Origin: Candidatus Heimdallarchaeota archaeon | GTDB lineage: Archaea > Asgardarchaeota > Heimdallarchaeia > Hodarchaeales > Hodarchaeaceae | Length of the DNA: 32,562 bases | NCBI GenBank assembly: GCA_019057635.1 | Contig: DXJL01000172.1 | Location: forward strand, 1-32,562 | Direction: 5' to 3' | Shown here: piece by piece, positions 7,770 to 16,998 of the stretch | How the letters are laid out: the number at the start of each line of letters is the position of its first letter | How positions within the stretch are numbered: position 1 is the first letter of the stretch | Notes under the pieces: generated by a model | What the model saw: only the letters and a program-made list of their open reading frames with translations | Database searches by the model: none | What the model was told of the DNA's origin: nothing | Program-made: the position numbers and the translations under genes

Positions 7770-8297
7770 ATGTCTATTCGCATTAAACGTATTGCAGAAG
7801 ATTATAATCAATTAAAAACTCTTTACAAGCAAAAGACGATTAAACAGCTAAAAGCTTTCCCAGGAGAGAAAAAAAGTGTAGAGCACTTAGCTGTTCTTCT
7901 CGAAGGTCCAAAAGGTACTCCCTACCAAGACGGGAAGTTTATGCTCGAAATTAAATTTGGTTCCAATTACCCCTATTCTCCTCCTTTCGTAAGATTACAT
8001 ACCCCGATTTGGCACCCGAATTTTTGGCCCAAACCTGATGAATATAAGGGAAAACGGAATATTTGTCTTGGATTAGTCGACCCCGACTTGGTAGGGAAAC
8101 CACAAGGATGGTCTCCGTCAAAAAATGTTACCACAGTGATATACTCAATTTTAGCAATGTTCAACATTGATGAAGCTTACACTAACCCTCATGATGTTTT
8201 TAACAAGAAAGCTGCGGTGGAATACCTGAAAAATAAGGATAAATTCAAAGAAAAGGCTAAAAAAATCACTAAGAAGTATGCAAAAAAGAAGTGGTGA
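7770..8297 (+). CDS. Ubiquitin-conjugating enzyme E2
   Basis: GPKGTPYQDGKF, YPYSPP, HPN motif, catalytic ICL (Cys99) and WSP motif. Confidence 0.95.
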   Translation: MSIRIKRIAEDYNQLKTLYKQKTIKQLKAFPGEKKSVEHLAVLLEGPKGTPYQDGKFMLEIKFGSNYPYSPPFVRLHTPIWHPNFWPKPDEYKGKRNICLGLVDPDLVGKPQGWSPSKNVTTVIYSILAMFNIDEAYTNPHDVFNKKAAVEYLKNKDKFKEKAKKITKKYAKKKW

Positions 8298-8342
8298 GGG
8301 TTTGAGAAGATTAGTAAAGTACCAGCAAAAGTGGTCTATTTG

Positions 8343-9152
8343 ATGCCAGATAAAAAAAAAGAAAAACCGCGGAATTTATTCGAACTTCTTCTGAGAGATA
8401 CCTCCATGAATTATGATCCAGATAATTTAACTCTTACTTTAAAATTCCCGACTACTGAATCCAAAAAAATTCCTCCTTCAGAGGAGACGTTTTCGCTGAA
8501 AAATGACAGCACTCATGGAGAAGTAGACTTACTCGATATTGATGATTTAGATCCAGAAATCGATCCAGCAAGAGTGAAACTTCAATTAAAAGCCTACATC
8601 CGTCTAAGTCTCCATGCTCTAAAGTATGCAAATTCAACACTTCCTCAAGCAGAATGGGTTGAAGTTATAGGGCTGTTAACAGGACATATTGAGAATAAAG
8701 ATACTCCCCTTGCGTGTTTGGTGATTTCAGACGCATTTCCAGTAGGTCATGGAACAAATGTTAATGCTCAAATCGAGGATCCCCAAAGCATGGTGCGAGT
8801 ATTCAATGAAAGTAGGAAGAAAAATGAACTAATTCTTGGATGGTACCATTCACATCCTTCTTATGGAGCATTTATGAGTACAACCGATTATAGAACACAA
8901 GTTCGCTATCAAAAATTAGGAACTAAAGGATCTCAACTCGCGGCGCCGATTGCACTCGTTATTGATCCAACTAAAATATCCAGAAGAAATTATGGATTTA
9001 AAATCTTCAGGCTAAATAAAGATTTGAAAACATGGGAAGAACCTCGTTATGAAGTTTTAAACTGCCCTTTAGAAAGCCTTCCGGAATTAATCAGCACACT
9101 ACTACCCTTAGCAGAAGGGAAAACAATGTTCTTAGAATATGACTATGATTGA
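8343..9152 (+). CDS. JAMM/MPN+ metalloprotease (Rpn11/CSN5-like deubiquitinase or maturase)
   Basis: EVIGLL, GWYHSHPSYGAFMSTTD (intact E...HxHx7Sx2D) and ALVIDP. The start is either ATG 8343 or GTG 8331. Confidence 0.93.
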   Translation: MPDKKKEKPRNLFELLLRDTSMNYDPDNLTLTLKFPTTESKKIPPSEETFSLKNDSTHGEVDLLDIDDLDPEIDPARVKLQLKAYIRLSLHALKYANSTLPQAEWVEVIGLLTGHIENKDTPLACLVISDAFPVGHGTNVNAQIEDPQSMVRVFNESRKKNELILGWYHSHPSYGAFMSTTDYRTQVRYQKLGTKGSQLAAPIALVIDPTKISRRNYGFKIFRLNKDLKTWEEPRYEVLNCPLESLPELISTLLPLAEGKTMFLEYDYD

Positions 9153-9175
9153 GAAGATGAGGTCGTGAAATCTAT

Positions 9176-10288
9176 TTGGTTGGAAGAAATGTCTATATTT
9201 CCGTATTTCTTACTGGATTGGTCTTTGCGTTCTTAAGCCAAATCGTTAACCCACAGAGCTCTCTCTCGATAACGATAATTTATTTCGCTTTCGTTGCTAT
9301 TTTAATAATCAAACTAGTAGATGAATGGCGTTATTACCGATCATATAATGCTCCACTTGCTTCAGCAATTTTTATTAGTATTCCTGCTCTGATTGCTATC
9401 GGGGGGAGTTTGATTGCATTTACTGCCACATTAGGCGATACGGAAAATTTCCTCCATGCAACATTTATGGAATTAAATTTAAACCTAAATTTATTTCAAT
9501 TAGATTCTTTCTATCTGTTTTTAAATTTATTTAGTCTAATATTTTGTTTGCCCTTCTTTGTAATACTCGGAATTCTAATTAGAAGATACTATTCTGGAAC
9601 CTATCCTAATATTTTCATATTTCGACGACGATTTCCTTCTGAATCAATAATTGTGTTAAATGCAAGTTTTCTTGTAATTTTCACCATTTTTTGGTTAGAT
9701 CAAAAGACAATTGAAATGTCGTCATTATTTTTCTTACTTTTCAGTATTCTAACCTTCATTCAAAATTATATACTCAAATTTGTAATTATTCCCCTTAGAC
9801 GTGTTTCTAGAACTTCCACTAGAGATTTTCAATCACAGAGAAGAGGTGCTAGATCTTCTAGAACACCAGTAGAAACTCGTCGATCAACTTCACAGCCATC
9901 ACGTGTAACCCGAGTACAGGAAAGAACGAGTAGAAGCCCCCATAGATCAAGTGTTCAAGTCGCTCCTCCAATACACATGCCAAAGAGAACAAAGAGGAAA
10001 CTAACTCCTGCACTTATTGCCAGTTTAACCCCAGCAGGTCAGAACATTTCAAAGGACGATTTTCGATGTATTTATTGCTATGAATTTCCCACAGAATCAG
10101 ATAAACAGGTAGTCATTTGCCCTCGTTGTAAACATCCATCTCATGCTGATGAGTTTCAAAAATGGCTTTTGGTGTCTGATATTTGTAGCCGTTGCAATCA
10201 ACCCATTAATAATGTAAAAATGATCCGGATTTCAGGACCCAGTTATCAGAAAATAATTCAAATGTTCCAGAAAAAATACAGAAAATAA
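9176..10288 (+). CDS. Polytopic membrane protein with a C-terminal RING-variant domain (candidate E3 ligase)
   Basis: About six TM segments, an R/S/T-rich linker, then CIYC-x13-CPRCKHPSHADEFQKW-x6-CSRC. Confidence 0.85.
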   Translation: MVGRNVYISVFLTGLVFAFLSQIVNPQSSLSITIIYFAFVAILIIKLVDEWRYYRSYNAPLASAIFISIPALIAIGGSLIAFTATLGDTENFLHATFMELNLNLNLFQLDSFYLFLNLFSLIFCLPFFVILGILIRRYYSGTYPNIFIFRRRFPSESIIVLNASFLVIFTIFWLDQKTIEMSSLFFLLFSILTFIQNYILKFVIIPLRRVSRTSTRDFQSQRRGARSSRTPVETRRSTSQPSRVTRVQERTSRSPHRSSVQVAPPIHMPKRTKRKLTPALIASLTPAGQNISKDDFRCIYCYEFPTESDKQVVICPRCKHPSHADEFQKWLLVSDICSRCNQPINNVKMIRISGPSYQKIIQMFQKKYRK

Positions 10289-10305
10289 GGAGTTATTGAT
10301 TACTT

Positions 10306-10890
10306 ATGGCTATACGACATAATATCGCTTGGTTTATCATGCTCATTGGCGTATCAGCTACTATTTTCTTTTTTATACAAAATCAGGATACATTAGCCCT
10401 TAACATCCTATTCTTATCCGTTTATACTGCGATTACTATTGTATATTTTTTACGGATATTCTACTACGTTGATCATCATGCCACTTTAAACGAAATCTAC
10501 TTTATATCTCTTGCAAATATCATTCCGCTCGCAATTATCCTTGTTAGCCCCCTTTTTCCTATATTTCAAGAAGTTTTATTATCCTTTGAAATAAATATGA
10601 TGCCTTCAAATGAATTCATCGAACTTCATATTGCAGTACCTTCCTTACTTGCTTTTCCGTATTTAGTAGTCTCAACAGCGTTGTTAATACGAAGTTTCAC
10701 TCGCTATCAATTCATTAGAATTACTGCTCAGTCTGAGAGGGGGCCTTCCGCCGAATGGACGGCAATTTTCACTTTTCTTATCTTCGGGATTTTATTTCTA
10801 GCTGCTGGAGCATTTGCATCTGATCTTCTTGGAATATTATATGGTCTCTTTTTCATTTTCTCTGGAATTGGATTTATTCTGGGAAAATAA
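10306..10890 (+). CDS. Polytopic membrane protein, probable paralogue of the E3 membrane domain without RING
   Basis: About six TM segments that align by eye with the N-terminal 200 aa of 9176..10288; 17 bp downstream of it. Confidence 0.75.
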   Translation: MAIRHNIAWFIMLIGVSATIFFFIQNQDTLALNILFLSVYTAITIVYFLRIFYYVDHHATLNEIYFISLANIIPLAIILVSPLFPIFQEVLLSFEINMMPSNEFIELHIAVPSLLAFPYLVVSTALLIRSFTRYQFIRITAQSERGPSAEWTAIFTFLIFGILFLAAGAFASDLLGILYGLFFIFSGIGFILGK

Positions 10891-10938
10891 TCCTTACTTA
10901 ATTTCCAAATTGTTAAAAATCGAGTAAAGTACATTTAA

Positions 10939-11640
10939 TTGAAGAAGTTATTTCTGGAAATAGTGCAGGATAGTATGTTCAAAGTGGCTCGATTCAAAGT
11001 TCGATCAAAAATGCCGAAGGATACAATCAAAGAGAAAACTCCAATGAAAGAAAAAGTTGCTACTATTGATCAAAAAACTCCTAATGATTTGAAAGAGCAA
11101 TTTGAGCTACCTCCTGCGCGAAAAAATGAGCAAGGAGTAATAAAAAAAGAATCTGTTACCCATCCCACTAGTTATGGAACAAAAGAAAAGAGAGAAAAGC
11201 AAATACGTGGCATGAACAAACTTCCTCCTGTTACTCAGACTCAGGGTAGGAAAGAATCGCCAACTCCATCTACTAAAGGGAGTCTCCCAAAATCAAAACG
11301 TAAAAAAGGCCTAGTAAATCGAAAAGTACCAATACGAATAAAAAAAATCCAGGATCATAAAAATATCCCTCCAACTCGGAGAGGTATTGCTGAAAAGAAA
11401 CAAAATCGGATAATAAACAAGACTCCTCCACCTCGCATCACTACAAAAATTCCCAAGAAAACAACTATACCTCCCCCTAGCACACTAGGATCCAAACAAA
11501 AGCACAAAAAAGACATCAGGAGTAAAACACCTCCAAAATCTATTCTAGAAAAAAGACCAATGGAAGAAAAATCAATTCCATCGACTATAATCAAAAAGAA
11601 AATATCTAAAATACAAATAAAAAGGAAAACACCAGAGTAG
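10939..11640 (+). CDS. Lys/Pro-rich, probably disordered basic protein (start uncertain)
   Basis: 233-codon open frame, about 21% Lys by manual count, recurring (T/I/L)PP motifs. Confidence 0.55.
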   Translation: MKKLFLEIVQDSMFKVARFKVRSKMPKDTIKEKTPMKEKVATIDQKTPNDLKEQFELPPARKNEQGVIKKESVTHPTSYGTKEKREKQIRGMNKLPPVTQTQGRKESPTPSTKGSLPKSKRKKGLVNRKVPIRIKKIQDHKNIPPTRRGIAEKKQNRIINKTPPPRITTKIPKKTTIPPPSTLGSKQKHKKDIRSKTPPKSILEKRPMEEKSIPSTIIKKKISKIQIKRKTPE

Positions 11641-11759
11641 GGACTACTTAGTAAGTTGCTTAGGCTAAGTAGGTGAGAATGTATACCTCTATTCAAAATC
11701 ATATAAACACGAGACCAGTACTCTCAAATATAATTCCTACTCCCGAAGAGGTGTACATA

Positions 11760-12293
11760 TTGAAGAAGAATTACAAAGAAGCTCTCATCATATTTGTTGG
11801 TGGAATTGGCGTTTTTCCTATATTATTGTCTATTTTTGCTCAACATATAGACTTTGGTTTGGCAATCGTGATAGCCTTTCCATTCTTTCTAGTAGCAGGA
11901 GTCCTAAACGGATTAATTGTTGTAACCTCAAGCAAACCAGGTCCATTAATCCTTAATAAATCTCAAAAGGGGGCAGTTATAACGCTTATTGGAGGTATAG
12001 GGGCGTTTGCTATTTTAATTGGACTTTTTTGGCCAACTATGTCCTTTGGATACACTCTTGTTACAGCTTATGGATTTTTTCTAATTGCGGGAACCTTAGG
12101 AGCATTAATTGAAGAAAGATCAACTTCAGATTATAAAGAACGTTATTATCCACCTGAGAATGTTGATAAGACTTTGAATAAGCAAACATTATCAGATCCG
12201 ATATCTGGTTCACAATGTCCATCTTGTGGAAGGCAATTAGAGGCAGGTAGTATCTTCTGTACACATTGTGGAAAGAAATCTCTCTCTTCCTAG
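11760..12293 (+). CDS. 4-TM protein with an internal duplication and a C-terminal zinc ribbon
   Basis: GAGGTG precedes TTG 11760. Duplicated GGIG.F.IL...F......FF..AG.L..LI halves; C-terminal CPSCG...FCTHCG. Confidence 0.75.
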   Translation: MKKNYKEALIIFVGGIGVFPILLSIFAQHIDFGLAIVIAFPFFLVAGVLNGLIVVTSSKPGPLILNKSQKGAVITLIGGIGAFAILIGLFWPTMSFGYTLVTAYGFFLIAGTLGALIEERSTSDYKERYYPPENVDKTLNKQTLSDPISGSQCPSCGRQLEAGSIFCTHCGKKSLSS

Positions 12294-12940
12294 ATTGTAG
12301 ACTCTAAATGTGGTATAGGATTATTTATTTCAACGCGCTGGAAATTGAAATCAGTCGATTCTTCCTTTTCCACTTTAAAAACCATGATACCAGTATTAGG
12401 CACTGTATATTCTTTTTTCCAGATGTTTGCTAGATTTTTCTCAAGCATCCACAATGCCAACGCTTTAATAGTAATCATATGTGAAACTATTGCGATACTT
12501 CCACCAAAATCAATATATTTATGCAAGATATGTATAAGAGAAGCTTGGGAGCGGTTGTGAACATCAGTTAAGGATTCCCCCTTCGGAAAACGGAATTTTG
12601 TTGGTGAATGCTTCCAAATATTGTACTCCTTTGGAAAATCCTCTTTCACTCTTGATATCACCATTCCTCCCCATTCACCGACATTAATCGATCTAAATCC
12701 ATCAACTGTGATTATATCAGGACTAGTTGAACAAATCGTCAAAAGTTCTGCTGTTTCCATTGCTCGATTGAGAGGGCTAGAAAATATTTTCCTTAAGTTA
12801 ATTTTTTCCCCGAAAAGATAGTCAGCTAATTTTTTAGCCTGGATTTTTCCCTGTTCACTTAAATGAACGTTACTCCATCCCTGAAAAGCTTTTTCTTTGT
12901 TACCTGTACTTTCTCCGTGTCTCATCAAGTAAATTTGCAT
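12290..12940 (-). CDS. Histidine phosphatase (phosphoglycerate mutase/CobC-like)
   Basis: LMRHGES, SSPLNRAMETA, GEWGG, GES and VSH motifs. Confidence 0.92.
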   Translation of the reverse strand: MQIYLMRHGESTGNKEKAFQGWSNVHLSEQGKIQAKKLADYLFGEKINLRKIFSSPLNRAMETAELLTICSTSPDIITVDGFRSINVGEWGGMVISRVKEDFPKEYNIWKHSPTKFRFPKGESLTDVHNRSQASLIHILHKYIDFGGSIAIVSHMITIKALALWMLEKNLANIWKKEYTVPNTGIMVFKVEKEESTDFNFQRVEINNPIPHLESTI

Positions 12941-13101
12941 ATCTCTTTCTCGATTTTATGTGTTTCAACTATCTTTCGAACTGATCAAACTAATCATTTA
13001 CAAATTTTAATAGCCTTACAAACGAGTAAATTCACTAGGTACTTTTTTATGAAGAGTGTACTATTATTATATAATTTTCAGAAGGAGGATTTCAAAAAAA
13101 A

Positions 13102-14964
13102 ATGAAAAATCACAAAAAATTGCTTTTAATCCTTCTCCTTTTACCGATGTTATTAACAACTATTCCTCAAGCCATGGCTCCTGATGATCTTGTATATTTC
13201 CAAGATTTTGAAGTAGATAATGGAACCTGGACTGTTATGAACGGTACATGGGATTTTCTTGATAATAGTCTTAATGGCATTAGTACAAATGAAATGTGGG
13301 ATGATATAGTATTAGACGATACGATCTTCAATATGAGTGAATATACAGTAATCTTTGATGTAAATTTGTTGTCAGGGTATGGAGAAGAACAGTTTCATTT
13401 CATTTTCAACTATTACTCTGGATATGCAGTAATGGAATTAGGATCAACATCGGGATACTCGCACTATATTGATTCTTATGGAGGTTTATATGATTTTGAC
13501 TATCAATTTCCAACGGACAAATGGGCCATTGTACATATGGTTGTAGCTGGTGGACAACTTGATCTCTGGGTAAATGGAGAACCAGTTATCTCAAGTATGA
13601 TGATGAATGTTCCTAATTTAGAGGATGTCGGTTTTGGGTTATATTATAACTCCTCTGCACGATTTGACAATATTCATGTATATACAGGATATCATGCGCC
13701 TCCAGATCAGCCAACTGATGAGACTATTTACTATGATGACTTTGCCAGCTATAATCTTGATCCTTATGTCTGGTATGGAGGACCAGAAGGAAATTGGGAT
13801 ATTGAGAATGAATGGTTGCGTGGATATTATTTCAATAATGTTTCTTCAGAAAGTGGTTGGTTAACAACATCTGGTTTAGAAATTCATGAAGACTTGTACA
13901 GTTACACCATTGAGGTTGATTATGATATTCACAGTGCAAATGGAGATATATTGTTACTTGGATGGCGATTCAATAGTGGTGCAGATGTTCAGTATGTTCG
14001 CTATAGCTATCAGAGAAATGTTCTTGAGTTTGGAGCTCAAAATGAGGTAGGCGATAAATCTACTTTTTATTCCATGCCAATGGAATCACAACTAACATGG
14101 GGACGTTTAATCGTGGCAGTTGCCGTAGAAAGTGACAAACAGATAACTCAGATATTTCTTCAAGAAGAAGAGCTAGAACCCTATATAATTTTCACAAATG
14201 ATGATTTTGGCGTCTTTAAATGTGGAAATATTGGCTTTGGTTTTGATAACCAAGAAATTAACATGGAAACCTTAGTTTTTTGGGATAATATTTGGATTAG
14301 AAAGGGATTTTATCCACCAAAAATCGATGAAAAACCTGATGAGAGCTTTACTCAAGAGGACTTTTCAATTTCAGTTGGCGACACTTTCATCTATAGTTTA
14401 ACTGAATATAGTGGTGCATCGACTGAAGTTGATTTAACAGGATGGTTTCGTAATAAAAACACAGAAGAAAGCATCCCGCTATCTTTAGCTCAGGGAGATC
14501 AACTCAAACTGATAATGTTTGATTTTGTTGAATGGGGTATAGAAGTTGAAATACACAAAAATACAGATGATTATATAGGAAACGGAATTAATAACTTCCT
14601 TTTTCTCCCAATTTATGGAAATCTGTCCAACTTCAAAATGTTCGATAATACTAATTTAGTTGAAGAAAGTGATTATTATCGACTAACATGGAATTATAAT
14701 GAAACTCAACCTTCTGATGACGGAGTTCTCGAATTTCAGTGGAATAAACAAACTGGTGTACTTGAAAAGCTTGAATTAATATCTGGTTCCATTTCTACTA
14801 ATGGCTCTGAAATATCAATCTTCAAATTTGAGCTTATGGAGTCATTCACTGGAGAAACAACTGATGGTACCACCATTCCAAGTCTCTCACCTGGATGGGA
14901 GTTTATCAGCATCATGGGAGTCATTATCTCAGTTCCTATTCTCTCGAGAAGAAAGAGAGTATAA
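13102..14964 (+). CDS. Surface protein with two concanavalin/LamG-like beta-sandwich domains and a CTERM sorting signal
   Basis: Signal peptide; two repeats running from Y.DDF...G.W to G..GFG.......FDNI; C-terminal SPGWEF-TM-RRKRV. Confidence 0.75.
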   Translation: MKNHKKLLLILLLLPMLLTTIPQAMAPDDLVYFQDFEVDNGTWTVMNGTWDFLDNSLNGISTNEMWDDIVLDDTIFNMSEYTVIFDVNLLSGYGEEQFHFIFNYYSGYAVMELGSTSGYSHYIDSYGGLYDFDYQFPTDKWAIVHMVVAGGQLDLWVNGEPVISSMMMNVPNLEDVGFGLYYNSSARFDNIHVYTGYHAPPDQPTDETIYYDDFASYNLDPYVWYGGPEGNWDIENEWLRGYYFNNVSSESGWLTTSGLEIHEDLYSYTIEVDYDIHSANGDILLLGWRFNSGADVQYVRYSYQRNVLEFGAQNEVGDKSTFYSMPMESQLTWGRLIVAVAVESDKQITQIFLQEEELEPYIIFTNDDFGVFKCGNIGFGFDNQEINMETLVFWDNIWIRKGFYPPKIDEKPDESFTQEDFSISVGDTFIYSLTEYSGASTEVDLTGWFRNKNTEESIPLSLAQGDQLKLIMFDFVEWGIEVEIHKNTDDYIGNGINNFLFLPIYGNLSNFKMFDNTNLVEESDYYRLTWNYNETQPSDDGVLEFQWNKQTGVLEKLELISGSISTNGSEISIFKFELMESFTGETTDGTTIPSLSPGWEFISIMGVIISVPILSRRKRV

Positions 14965-15309
14965 AAACTCTCACTTCCCCCTTTTTTTCTAGATAGCGAG
15001 TTTATATTTTCAGATCTATTTCCCTTGGCTGATAGAAGCATCAGGTAAAATTATTGTCTTTTTCAAATCATTTATGAATAGAGTATCTATCCTCAGTGAA
15101 TACATAATATATTATCTAGTTCAGCTTGAAGATCGTGAAAAAGTATTTTCCATAGCTAGCTAAATCAATCCGAGTGCAAAAAGTAACATCGAGATATCTA
15201 GAACGTGCATTGTTGTAGAATAAAACTTATAAATATATAGAGGATTATTGTAACCACTGAGTCTATTAAATGACTTAGAACAACTTAATATTGAGAAAAG
15301 GTGAAAAAA

Positions 15310-15513
15310 ATGACTGGATTTGCACGAGCACGTGTAGAAAAACTCATTCGAACCGCAGGCGCTTTTAGAGTATCTGCTGGCGCAATTAACCGCTTGAATG
15401 AGATCTTAACTGACTATGGTATGAACTTAGCCAAATATTCAGTTGAAATTGCACGTCACAATGGACGAAAAACCGTAAAAGAGACAGATGTCATTTTAGC
15501 AGCCGAAAAATAA
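15310..15513 (+). CDS. Archaeal histone (HMfA/B type, tail-less)
   Basis: MTGFARARVEKLIRTAGAFRVS...ARHNGRKTVKETDV. A TATA-like TTATAAATATA lies at about 15228. Confidence 0.95.
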   Translation: MTGFARARVEKLIRTAGAFRVSAGAINRLNEILTDYGMNLAKYSVEIARHNGRKTVKETDVILAAEK

Positions 15514-15553
15514 ATTTTTTTTGGCTCTACTTGATATTTTGTCCTCTTAATTC

Positions 15554-15570
15554 TTTTTTTTTTTTTTTTT
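15554..15570 (+). terminator. Oligo-T terminator after the histone gene
   Basis: Long T run about 40 bp after the stop codon. Confidence 0.6.
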
Positions 15571-15594
15571 ATATTATAGTGTTTAATACTGGAA

Positions 15595-15926
15595 TCGTTT
15601 GTCCAACTTCCCTTCCTCTAGTTAGTTGAGATGCTTGAATATAAAACTAAACTTGTGGACATGATAGTAATTCGCGTGAACGAGGCGTATACCTCCCAGA
15701 AGTGTAGTAGGTGTGGCCACATAGATAAAAAGAATCGCAATCACGTGGTTCCTTTTACTGTCTACGGTGTGGAATTCATTTGAATGTTGATAGTAATGTC
15801 GCGTGCAATATTCTTCACCGATTGCGTCCTGATTCCCAAGTAGTCCCCACGGTCAGTAACCCTTCCCTTGTTACTAACCTACCGGATGGTGGATGTGTGA
15901 CTCATCCTGTCCAGAATTCTTTTTAA
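15595..15926 (+). pseudogene. tnpB: tnpB 3' remnant (RuvC-II, Zn finger, RuvC-III)
   Basis: SFVQLPFL*LVEMLEYKTKLVDMIVIRVNEAYTSQKCSRCGHIDKKNRNH, then a frameshift, then RGSFYCLRCGIHLNVDSNVACNIL...PVQNSF*. Confidence 0.88.
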
Positions 15927-15951
15927 AGAGTTGTCTGACAAATTTAGCCAT
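15837..15951 (+). ncRNA. Putative TnpB omegaRNA scaffold plus element right end (copy A)
   Basis: Overlaps the tnpB 3' end, is closely similar to 24564-24679 with compensatory stem changes, and ends in GTTGTCTGACAAATTTAGCCAT. Confidence 0.7.
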
Positions 15952-16188
15952 AATCCCTTACATAAACTGAGTGACCATAAGAAATGATTATTTAAAAGAG
16001 AATTTCTTCAGGTTAAACACGCCAAGTATGCCCGTTGTAACTTTGAAATAGGAAATTATCATAGTAAATCTTAATAAAGGGCCATATAGAGGCTTCTGTT
16101 ACATTAATATCCGAAAAATCTGAAAATTTCCACTATTTAGAGTCATGGATACCAAATTTAAATCTGAATTCTGAAGAAGGAAAATACT

Positions 16189-16911
16189 ATGCGGAAAAAA
16201 AAGACAGATTATAGTCTAAGAAACTTAAGTTCCAAACTAATAGGAGGGAAGCCGAATGAAGAGAAAGGGGGGCAGTATGCCTTCAAGAAAGAAGGATTTA
16301 CACTTCGGTTTCATCGCAATATTTCAAACCAGATTATAAAAGTCATTGATCCATTTTCTTTCATAACTCCAAATCGAATTACGTGGTTTGGTTTTCTTCT
16401 TGCAGTACTCAGCGCTTTGATTTTGGCCTTGTCAGGGGATAATTTTGTCTGGCTGCTACTAGCAAGTATCATTTACTGGGTTTCAGCAATCATGGATTGT
16501 GTAGATGGTCAACTTGCACGGAACAGAGGAATCTGTAGTAAGACAGGTGAATGGTTAGATTTCGTCCTAGAAGGGGGAAAAGGTATTTTCTTATGGATGG
16601 CAATAGGTTTTAACATAACTATAACAAAAACAGAGTTAATGGGTTTTAATGTATGGTTTCTCGTTGCTGTTGCACTAGGATTTCTTGGTTTCCTTAGTGT
16701 TATATCTATTTACTCTAGCTGGTTATTTGAGGAAGCACAACCTGTTTCACATGATCATGTTTACGTGATTATGTTGATGATGATTTTTCATCTAGTAGAA
16801 CCAGCCCTCATACTATTTGACATAGCAATCATTTTAGTTGTTTTCTATACTCTGATTGAGAAAACTTTTCTATTCGCCCACGAAGAATCTGAAACTGAAG
16901 TAACTGAATGA
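16189..16911 (+). CDS. CDP-alcohol phosphatidyltransferase family protein
   Basis: ITPNRIT and DCVDGQLAR-x8-GEWLDFVLE signature. Confidence 0.9.
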   Translation: MRKKKTDYSLRNLSSKLIGGKPNEEKGGQYAFKKEGFTLRFHRNISNQIIKVIDPFSFITPNRITWFGFLLAVLSALILALSGDNFVWLLLASIIYWVSAIMDCVDGQLARNRGICSKTGEWLDFVLEGGKGIFLWMAIGFNITITKTELMGFNVWFLVAVALGFLGFLSVISIYSSWLFEEAQPVSHDHVYVIMLMMIFHLVEPALILFDIAIILVVFYTLIEKTFLFAHEESETEVTE

Positions 16912-16998
16912 GTAAAATCGAAAGTTTTTTATCGCAGGCGAGAGTCCAATGATTCCACAAAGATAATTTCTTTTATCACAAGAAATATTAGGTGAATA

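Noticed and set aside
9130-9152. JAMM C-terminus EYDYD as a proteasome-docking HbYX motif
   Set aside because: Penultimate Tyr is present but the preceding residue is Asp, not hydrophobic.
11355-11702. Hydrophobic 115-aa antisense ORF
   Set aside because: Its hydrophobicity mirrors the A-rich Lys codons on the plus strand.
15952-15972. omegaRNA guide targeting a site inside this window
   Set aside because: Only 8-9 nt partial matches were seen (about 18031 and 20532), which is expected by chance in AT-rich DNA.
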